Shown here piece after piece: positions 56,723-64,000 of a DNA stretch of 64,000 nt (its first letter is position 1; each line of letters begins with the position of its first letter). Under the pieces are notes generated by a model, which had not been told where the DNA came from, ran no database searches, and worked only from the letters and a program-made list of their open reading frames with translations. Source of the DNA: Spirochaetota bacterium (lineage in GTDB: Bacteria > Spirochaetota > UBA4802 > UBA5550); assembly GCA_009787025.1 (NCBI GenBank), contig WRGT01000071.1, forward strand, positions 45 through 64,044, written 5' to 3'. Made by a program: the position numbers and the translations under genes.

Positions 56723-58534
56723 TCAAAGCCTTCCATAAACCTCAATAAATCTATCTACTAATCCTCCAAAGTGTGTGATAGCTTTCTCAACAGGTTCGGC
56801 TGAACTCATGTCAACGCCTGCAATCAACAATTCGTCAAGGGGATATTTACTCCCGCCAAGCTTAAGAAAGTCCAAGTATGCATCCCGCGCAGATTCCCCC
56901 TCATTGATAACCTTTTCTGTCAGAGCTATAGCGGCAGATAGACCTGTTGCATATTTATAAACATAAAACGACGAATAAAAATGCGGTATGCGCAAACATT
57001 CTAAGGTCAACACATCGTCAATGAAAAGTTTATCGCCAAAATATGTTTTTAGCAGCTCCCCATATTCAGCCCTGATGACCTCAAGAGTCAACGGATTGTT
57101 ATCCTCAACGATTTTATGCGACCTCATTTCAAACTCTGCAAACATAGTCTGCCGAAACAAAGTAGCCCTGATATTATCAATCTCCCTGTTAAGAATGTAT
57201 GCCTGCATCTTAGTATCGTCTTTGTACAGATCTAACAGGTATCTGCTGAGAAGCGTTTCATTAAATGTTGAAGCTACCTCTGCAACAAATATTGTATAGT
57301 CGCTGTTTATATACGGCTGCTCATGTTTGGAATAGTAAGAGTGCATGGAATGTCCTGCCTCATGTATCAATGTATAGAGGCTGTTAATATTTTGATCTTC
57401 ATAGTTTAACAGAATATAGGGAGGCGAGTCATAGCACCCCGATGAATATGCCCCGCTCCTCTTCCCTTTATTTTCATAGCGGTCAACCCATCCGCCTAAC
57501 AGACCGTTTTTCATTATACCCGTATATTCATCTCCAAGCGGGCTAAGAGCTTTTGCGCACGTCGCAACAGCATCTTCATAGTTCATTGTAAAGTCCACAT
57601 TACCGACAATCGGAACATACGTATCATAGAAATGCAGTCTATCTACGCCTAAGGCGTCTTTTCTAAACTCAAGATATTTAAAGATAGGATTGATGTTCTC
57701 TCTGACTGTCTTTACAAGATTATCATATATCTTCTCTGGAACATTATCAGAAAAGAGCGCAGCCTCTCTGCTGTTATTAAACCTCCTTACCTTTGCATAA
57801 AAAGCATCCTTCTTATTTGAATGGTCAAGCGTAGAAGCGACAGTATGTTTTAGATTTTCGTAGGATTGATAGTATTGAAAAAAAGCCTTTCTCCTTATAT
57901 CTCTGTCGGGATTCTGTAAAAAGGTGCTGAAATTACCATGACTCAACTCAATCTCATCCCCATTAATGTCTCTGATTGAGCCGAATGTTATATCGGCATT
58001 ATCAAGCTGACTGAATATCTGTGAAGGCGCGCCTGCAATCTCTCCCATCATTGCTATTACATGTTCAATCTCTTTTGAAAGCGTATGAGGCTTAAACCTT
58101 AAAATCTTTTCAAGATAAAATTTAAAATCTTTCATAGATTCATGTTCCATGTAAGACCTGATAAGATTATCATCAATCTCCTGTATTTCAGGCGTCATAA
58201 AACTCGACAGCTCTGTTATTCTTGTATAGAGGTTTACAGAACGCTGATACATGGCGAGCGTAAACTGATCCGCCTTATTCTCATCGCTTCGCAGATGAGC
58301 GTATGTATATATCTTTTCAATCTCTCGTGAAATATCAATATCAAATTCAAGCGCAGTTCTAAAAGTTTCTAAAGACTCGCCCATTCTGCCTTTAAAATTG
58401 TTATAACCGTTTATCTTTGAATCAAGTTCTTTATAGGATTTCTCCCACTCATCGTCATTTTTCATCAACGGAGTAAGATCCCATTTAAACTGATCTTTAA
58501 TATCTCTTCTGTCGGGAATGTTTTTTACTGTCAT
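56723..58534 (-). CDS. pepF: oligoendopeptidase F (M3B)
   Basis: 603 aa. HEAGHSMH zinc motif with a downstream E. Confidence 0.9.
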   Translation of the reverse strand: MTVKNIPDRRDIKDQFKWDLTPLMKNDDEWEKSYKELDSKINGYNNFKGRMGESLETFRTALEFDIDISREIEKIYTYAHLRSDENKADQFTLAMYQRSVNLYTRITELSSFMTPEIQEIDDNLIRSYMEHESMKDFKFYLEKILRFKPHTLSKEIEHVIAMMGEIAGAPSQIFSQLDNADITFGSIRDINGDEIELSHGNFSTFLQNPDRDIRRKAFFQYYQSYENLKHTVASTLDHSNKKDAFYAKVRRFNNSREAALFSDNVPEKIYDNLVKTVRENINPIFKYLEFRKDALGVDRLHFYDTYVPIVGNVDFTMNYEDAVATCAKALSPLGDEYTGIMKNGLLGGWVDRYENKGKRSGAYSSGCYDSPPYILLNYEDQNINSLYTLIHEAGHSMHSYYSKHEQPYINSDYTIFVAEVASTFNETLLSRYLLDLYKDDTKMQAYILNREIDNIRATLFRQTMFAEFEMRSHKIVEDNNPLTLEVIRAEYGELLKTYFGDKLFIDDVLTLECLRIPHFYSSFYVYKYATGLSAAIALTEKVINEGESARDAYLDFLKLGGSKYPLDELLIAGVDMSSAEPVEKAITHFGGLVDRFIEVYGRL

Positions 58535-58692
58535 AAATCCTTTTCAATGTTCAATGCACAATGGTAAACGCACAACGCACAATGATTGTTACTCCTTTAT
58601 TGTATTTTTTGAAATTGCTATTAAAATTTTGTTTATTTCGCTATTACACAATAATCCGATAAAACTCCGTGCAACTCCCTTCAAAATAAATT

Positions 58693-59388
58693 TTACTTAT
58701 TTTGTTCCGGTTTATATTTATCAATAGCAGACAAAAATCCTTTTATATAAAATTGCGGGATATGAAATGTTCTGCTGAGATTTTCAGCTTCCGAAAAAAA
58801 AGCCGCGCCTAAATTATTTGTATGTCCGGTTGAATTACTTATTAGATCTATAACTATCCCTTTGTCTTTATTAGCTTTCACATATTCAAACGGCAAATAA
58901 ATCGTATATAATTCCTTATATAGGGCAGTACCGCCAAACAAATTATCTTTAGGCCAGGAACTCTTCAATTCAAACTTTACTCCTGTTTGATCTACGGCAG
59001 ACTCAAAATAAAAATTAGAATCAACATCTATAAACACTAATATTACCTCAGGAGTTAAATAGTCATAATAAAATCTATACCTGAAAAGACCATATTTCTT
59101 GTCTGTTTTGTCAGAGTATTTCAATCTCTCTTCTTTGCTTATTGAATCATAACCTATTTCCGGAGCATATATGACATTTTGCACTATTTTAACATTATTT
59201 ATTTTTATATTTTTTCTTTTGGATTTTATTCCAGACTCAGTTTCCTGTTCTGTTTTAACATTACTTACACCGACCGTTGTTTGTTTTATATACGTCACAT
59301 CTCTAACTATTCCGCAACCGCTAAAAGACGCGACAATAAACGCAAAAACGAATATTACGACAATTGTAAAAAAATAATTTTTCTTCAT
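58693..59388 (-). CDS. lipoprotein of unknown function
   Basis: Lipobox VASFSGCG. Confidence 0.6.
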   Translation of the reverse strand: MKKNYFFTIVVIFVFAFIVASFSGCGIVRDVTYIKQTTVGVSNVKTEQETESGIKSKRKNIKINNVKIVQNVIYAPEIGYDSISKEERLKYSDKTDKKYGLFRYRFYYDYLTPEVILVFIDVDSNFYFESAVDQTGVKFELKSSWPKDNLFGGTALYKELYTIYLPFEYVKANKDKGIVIDLISNSTGHTNNLGAAFFSEAENLSRTFHIPQFYIKGFLSAIDKYKPEQNK

Positions 59389-59662
59389 AATTTAATCCTC
59401 TATATAAAAAATTTATATTAATATCTCTTATTCTTGCCTCATCGCTGTACTGTTAAACAAACTCAGCGTAGCAATTCAGTAGAATAATTTTATATTATTG
59501 CTGTGCATAGTTAAAAATTTAAATACGGCTACCAATGGCGAAATAAAAAACCGTTTCTTCTTAAAATGACCATAAAAAAATCTGCGTTAATCTCTCCTAA
59601 ATCTGCGTCATCTGCGTGCCCCGTTTTTATGATAGATCCCATTGCACACTGAACATTGCGTT

Positions 59663-60286
59663 CTATATCCACTTAAGAATTCCGGCAAAAACTACAAGCA
59701 TCAATACATTAATACAAAACAGCGATCCGATAAAAACCTTTTGTTTCTTCGGCTGCCAATCAAATGCAAAATTAGCTGCAAGAAAAAACGGAATATATAC
59801 TGTGATAAAAACAGTAAATGAACCCCACCATGGGTAAACCCAATGAAACGCCGGAGTCTTTGCTAAAAATATTTCAAATATTGAAAAAAATGCGGCATTT
59901 ACCACTGCAAAAAATATGCGGTTATTGATCCCCAGTATCTTCTCTTTGGGATTGCTTGGAAGTATCTTTGAAAAAATAAGACCCGAAACAGAAAACATAA
60001 TACTCAATTCAACTCCTACGCCAATAAGAAGAAGGAACGAAGTACCGGCAGGAACAGTCCAAAGGGCATGACCTGAAAAATGTTGTATAAGGGCATTTAA
60101 TATTTCATAAAACCAATGCACCATATAGAGAGATAAACCTGCAGCTATACCTTTCCAATTTTTGTTAGAGATTTCATTAAAATAGATATAGACGGCAAAT
60201 GCAAACAACGGAATAAAATACCACTGAAATGTAGCAGGATTTCTCAATATACCCAAAGCTTGCGCAGTTAATTCCGGCTGATTCAT
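59663..60286 (-). CDS. polytopic membrane protein of unknown function
   Basis: About 6 TM helices. Start moved to ATG 60286, which follows GGAGG. Confidence 0.6.
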   Translation of the reverse strand: MNQPELTAQALGILRNPATFQWYFIPLFAFAVYIYFNEISNKNWKGIAAGLSLYMVHWFYEILNALIQHFSGHALWTVPAGTSFLLLIGVGVELSIMFSVSGLIFSKILPSNPKEKILGINNRIFFAVVNAAFFSIFEIFLAKTPAFHWVYPWWGSFTVFITVYIPFFLAANFAFDWQPKKQKVFIGSLFCINVLMLVVFAGILKWI

Positions 60287-60519
60287 AAAACACCTCCTAT
60301 TTTCAATGCACAACGCACAATGATTGTTATAATGAACATTGTAAACTTATTTTTGTCTTATATAACCTGTGTGCAGACATTGGTCAATTAAATTAACTAT
60401 TGCGTTTAAATTAATTGCGGGAAAGAACATTTTTACATTTTTATGACATCTTTTGACAATTTTAAACATTTAGATGACTTTTAGCAAAAAATCAAAACAT
60501 AGACGAGCAAAATGAGTTT

Positions 60520-61227
60520 GTGAGCGCCACTCACAGACTGAAATTTACTGCCGCCGACGGCAAAAGGTATCTAACCGACGCTTTAGACAGCGGCGGCGTT
60601 GTGAACCTTGCAAAGCAATTTCCAAACAACAAATCGACGCCGTTTTTGGATTGGTTTTTATACAGCGACAATACAATCGACGGTCAAAGCAAAAAAAAGG
60701 CTTATACTCTTTTCGAAAGCAATTTAATAAACGAAATCGAGGTCGGTACGGTTAAGGGCTTGCAACAAATTCACGCCTATTTATTCGGCGGGCTTTACGA
60801 TTTTGCGGGACAAATTAGAAAACTCAATATCAGCAAAGGCAAATTTATGTTCGCTTCCGCTGATTTTTTACCCGGAACTCTTAGGCTTATAGAGCGAATG
60901 CCCGAAAATACCCTTGATGAAATATTGGATAAATATATTGAAATGAACGTCGCACACCCTTTTATGGAGGGAAACGGCAGAAGCGCGCGGATATGGCTTG
61001 ATTTGATATTGAAAAAGAATCTAAAAAAATGCGTGGATTGGAGCGCAATCGGCAAAAAAGCATATCTTGCCGCTATGCAAACAAGTGTGACGGACAGCGC
61101 GGATATAAAAGCCTTGATAAAAACTGCTTTAACGGATAGAATAAACGATCGCGAAATGCTCATGAAAGGAATAGATTATTCTTATTACTACGAGGAGGAA
61201 ACGGACAGTTGTGGGGATGCAGAATGA
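60520..61227 (+). CDS. fic: Fic-domain protein with an N-terminal Bro/DinD-like fragment
   Basis: Fic motif [12 protein letters not shown]. The N-terminal [16 protein letters not shown]...KSTPFLDWF resembles an internal part of Bro-N/DinD proteins. Only a GTG start is available. Confidence 0.7.
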   Translation: MSATHRLKFTAADGKRYLTDALDSGGVVNLAKQFPNNKSTPFLDWFLYSDNTIDGQSKKKAYTLFESNLINEIEVGTVKGLQQIHAYLFGGLYDFAGQIRKLNISKGKFMFASADFLPGTLRLIERMPENTLDEILDKYIEMNVAHPFMEGNGRSARIWLDLILKKNLKKCVDWSAIGKKAYLAAMQTSVTDSADIKALIKTALTDRINDREMLMKGIDYSYYYEEETDSCGDAE

Positions 61228-61479
61228 TTGTTACTCATTCACTTTACCTCTGTTATACCCCATGGTGAAATAAACAAATTGTACAGGTTTTAATATTAAA
61301 AATAAAACTATCAATACCATCAAATCGTTTTTAGTACAACCTGTAAATTTCAAGTATATAAAAATAGACTATAATTCTTGACTATTTAAGCATATTATAT
61401 ATCTTAACCATATTGAAAATGCTTGAGATAAAAATATCTTCACAAAGCATAAATAAGAATTTATTAAAAGAGGAATAAC

Positions 61480-62361
61480 ATGTTAAAAAGAATAGGTCTA
61501 TTTTTATTAACAAACTTTCTTGTAATAATGACCGTTAGTATAATACTCTCAGTCGTTTTACCTATGCTTGGAATTGACCCGTCGGGAGTCGCCGGGCTTG
61601 CAATTATGTGCGGAGTTTTTGGCATGGCAGGCGCCTTTATATCCCTTGCTATCAGCAGGTGGATGGCAAAGAGAGCTTATAATATTCAGATAATAAAAGC
61701 AAACGAACAAAACTATCAGTTAAGAGAGATATATGATATGGTAGCGCGCCTTTCAAAAAAAGCGGGCTTACCTTCCGTTCCCGAAGTTGGGATATACAAT
61801 TCTCCGGAACCGAATGCATTTGCTACCGGACCTACAAAGAAAAAATCGTTAATAGCTTTTTCAACTGCATTGCTGGACTCAATGGATAAAAGAGAGGTAG
61901 AAGCAGTAACGGGTCACGAAATAGCTCATATATCAAACGGCGACATGGTTACCATGACTCTCCTGACAGGTATTGTCAACGCGCTTGTAATGTTCCTTTC
62001 ACGTATAATTGCCGCAGCAATCAACAACTTCTTAAAAGACGATAATGGAGGGGGGCTTGGTTTCTTTGCCTATTTCTTAGTTGTAAATCTTCTTCAGACA
62101 TTTTTTATGATACTTGCTACTATACCGCTTGCTGCATTTTCAAGGTACAGAGAGTATCGGGCTGATGCCGGTTCTGCAAAGACTACATCTCCGCAGGCAA
62201 TGGCAGATGCTCTTAAAGCGCTTGCAAACGGTGCGCAGGTTCAGGCAAAGAAAGATTCCTTTGCAATTGCAAAGATCAGCTCAAACAGAAAGGTATCGCT
62301 CTGGGCTACTCATCCGTCAATTGAAGACAGGGTTGAGAGGCTTGAAAAAATGCGATTCTAA
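61480..62361 (+). CDS. htpX: M48-family membrane protease HtpX
   Basis: HEIAHISNGD zinc motif, 4 TM segments, 293 aa. Confidence 0.9.
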   Translation: MLKRIGLFLLTNFLVIMTVSIILSVVLPMLGIDPSGVAGLAIMCGVFGMAGAFISLAISRWMAKRAYNIQIIKANEQNYQLREIYDMVARLSKKAGLPSVPEVGIYNSPEPNAFATGPTKKKSLIAFSTALLDSMDKREVEAVTGHEIAHISNGDMVTMTLLTGIVNALVMFLSRIIAAAINNFLKDDNGGGLGFFAYFLVVNLLQTFFMILATIPLAAFSRYREYRADAGSAKTTSPQAMADALKALANGAQVQAKKDSFAIAKISSNRKVSLWATHPSIEDRVERLEKMRF

Positions 62362-62509
62362 TCTGCAAAAAATACAGTATAAACTACCTGTTAGGCTAAA
62401 TGTTCAATTTTATAAATTTGCAGATTTCAAATAACAATTAGAATTATTTTTATTGATTGATCTAACATATTAAATATAATAAAATATAAACGCTCTTGAG
62501 GTAATAAAA

Positions 62510-63394
62510 ATGGATTATGTAGGACATGTAATAAGACCGCCGTCCGAAGCATATAGTATGATTATACAGGTTACAGTAGGATGCTCGCATAACATGTGTA
62601 CTTTTTGCGGTGCATATAAAGACCTGCAGCCAAAGTTTTGGATAAAGGATTGGGAAACAGTAAAAAAAGATATAGATGAGGCGTCAAGTTACAGGTATGG
62701 TTTCACAAAGGCATTCTTGGCTGACGGCGATGTGCTGATACTCCCGACAGATGACATTTTAAAAATAATGAACTATATCAAACAAAAAAATAAATCCATT
62801 GAAGCTATAAATGTATACGGCAATTCTAAGGCGATTTTACGAAAGACTTTGGAAGAACTTAAAGAATTAAAAAATGCAGGACTATCTATTGTATATCAAG
62901 GCATAGAAAGCGGAAACAAAGATGTGCTTAGAAAAATAAGAAAAGGCGCATTCCCTGATAATATGAGAGAAGCTGCCGCAAAGGTAATAGAATCCGGGAT
63001 TAAACTTTCTCAGACAGTGCTCTTAGGCATTGCCGGAAAAGAGATGTCCCATGAACATGCACGGGATACGGGAAAACTCCTTGGTGAAATGTCTCCGGAC
63101 TTTGCCTCTGCGCTGACTGTAATGATTCTCCCGAATACACCGCTTTATAAAGAGTACAAAGAGGGTAAATTTATTCTTCCTGATAAATTTGGTCTTCTTG
63201 AAGAATTGAAGATAATTATAAAGAACATGAATGTAAAAAGAAATTGTTACTTTACATCTAATCATGCATCAAATTATCTTCCAATAAGGGCTAATCTGCC
63301 AAAAGACCAGAGCTCTGTATTAAAATTGATTGATAAGGTTATTGATTCTAAAGATGAAAAAATTCTAAAGCCGGAACACATGAGAGCGTTATAG
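62510..63394 (+). CDS. radical SAM protein (Cx4Cx2C variant)
   Basis: VGCSHNMCTFCGAY near the N-terminus. 294 aa. Confidence 0.7.
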   Translation: MDYVGHVIRPPSEAYSMIIQVTVGCSHNMCTFCGAYKDLQPKFWIKDWETVKKDIDEASSYRYGFTKAFLADGDVLILPTDDILKIMNYIKQKNKSIEAINVYGNSKAILRKTLEELKELKNAGLSIVYQGIESGNKDVLRKIRKGAFPDNMREAAAKVIESGIKLSQTVLLGIAGKEMSHEHARDTGKLLGEMSPDFASALTVMILPNTPLYKEYKEGKFILPDKFGLLEELKIIIKNMNVKRNCYFTSNHASNYLPIRANLPKDQSSVLKLIDKVIDSKDEKILKPEHMRAL

Positions 63395-63414
63395 TTTATA
63401 TAAGGAGAATTGCG

Positions 63415-63576
63415 ATGGACGATACTATGGAAAAAACTATAAGATATATCAGCGAAATTTTAAAAGAGAATCCCAATGCTGATAAGGTAAAATTAGTAGA
63501 AGAGGCTAGTACAAAATTTAATTTAAACCCTTTGCAGGCAGAATTTTTATCAAACAAAATCGCTAATAATAATTAA
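63415..63576 (+). CDS. small hypothetical protein (53 aa)
   Basis: Strong SD AAGGAG 7 nt upstream of the ATG. Below the ORF-track size cutoff. Confidence 0.4.
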   Translation: MDDTMEKTIRYISEILKENPNADKVKLVEEASTKFNLNPLQAEFLSNKIANNN

Positions 63577-63715
63577 TCTATACTTTGTTTACAAAAGGGC
63601 TATATACATTAAGCAGGTTTTAAATAAATTTTATAATAAATATATGAATAGCTTTTATAGTTATTGCTTCTAAATTTATTAAAATTTTTTTTATGGATTA
63701 TATGGATTAATATAG

Positions 63716-64000
63716 ATGAAAATCAAAAGCCTAAAAAAAATTAATGATCTGGAATATGAAATAACTGCAGATTCTTATCAAGATATGAAGATACCTATAA
63801 GAATCTATGGCTCTGAAAGTATTATACAAAATATAAATTCCGTAGTTTTTAGTCAAATTAATAATATAGCTTCTCTTCCGGGGATTGTAGATGCAGCCAT
63901 ATACATGCCTGATGAAAACGCAGGATATGGAGCCCCAAATGGAACAGTTGTTGCCGTTGATCCTAAAATTGGTATAATATCGCCCGGCATAGTGGGTTTT
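63716..64000 (+). CDS. rtcB: RNA ligase RtcB, 5' partial (runs off the window)
   Basis: N-terminal pattern QINNIASLPGIVDAAIYMPDENAGYG resembles the RtcB N-terminus. The frame is open to the window end. Confidence 0.7.
   Translation, partial: MKIKSLKKINDLEYEITADSYQDMKIPIRIYGSESIIQNINSVVFSQINNIASLPGIVDAAIYMPDENAGYGAPNGTVVAVDPKIGIISPGIVGF

Noticed and set aside
63716-64000. The RtcB N-terminal motif reads MPDENAGYG, possibly deviating from the usual metal-ligand-containing motif (inactive paralog?).
   Set aside because: I cannot recall the exact ligand positions with certainty, and only 95 codons are in the window. There is no basis for a claim without an alignment.

Overview
AT-rich, gene-dense chromosomal window from an unidentified bacterium. 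It is probably diderm, since it encodes lipoproteins, an OMP-like barrel and a periplasmic alpha-2-macroglobulin. No rRNA, tRNA or CRISPR array was recognised.

Core content:
- An eight-gene minus-strand aromatic amino-acid operon (DAHP synthase, aroB, aroD, aroE::aroK fusion, aroA, aroC, pheA, tyrA; 1645-9552).
- polA; a membrane-protein/GT4/GT4/methyltransferase operon; STAS protein, pth, an M23 peptidase, an MCP, aspartate kinase.
- A hoxFUYH-hoxW NAD-linked [NiFe]-hydrogenase operon (28277-33280).
- ygiQ, sfsA, a crotonase, a tatD-GNAT-NYN operon, an acyl-CoA thioesterase, pepF, htpX, a radical SAM gene and the 5' end of rtcB.

Accessory content:
- Toxin-antitoxin modules: vapBC, MNT/HepT, a decayed MNT/HEPN pair, a frameshifted orphan VapB, a BrnT-like pair.
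- Two DUF4143-type AAA ATPases, and a Fic gene fused to a Bro/DinD-like fragment.
- A small GIY-YIG gene sitting in the loop of a 63-bp inverted repeat, with gene-less MITE-like and truncated copies elsewhere in the window.

Most interesting candidates:
1. An AMMECR1-like / thioester alpha-2-macroglobulin / SpoIID::transpeptidase operon (46791-54696). It looks like a variant of the known YfhM-PBP1C envelope-defence pair.
2. A Phe/Tyr-rich leader peptide with terminator and antiterminator pairing upstream of the aro operon (9603-9854).
3. An orphan envelope cluster after the hydrogenase: split LysM, C39-like papain-fold peptidase, YWKNG-repeat lipoprotein, secreted protein, OMP barrel (33432-37894).
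4. The GIY-YIG/inverted-repeat mobile-element family.

Several gene boundaries carry short segmental duplications (pth start, OMP gene end, ygiQ/vapBC). Intergenic DNA is littered with short dispersed and palindromic repeats. All calls rest on reading the sequence and motif recall. No database search was run.
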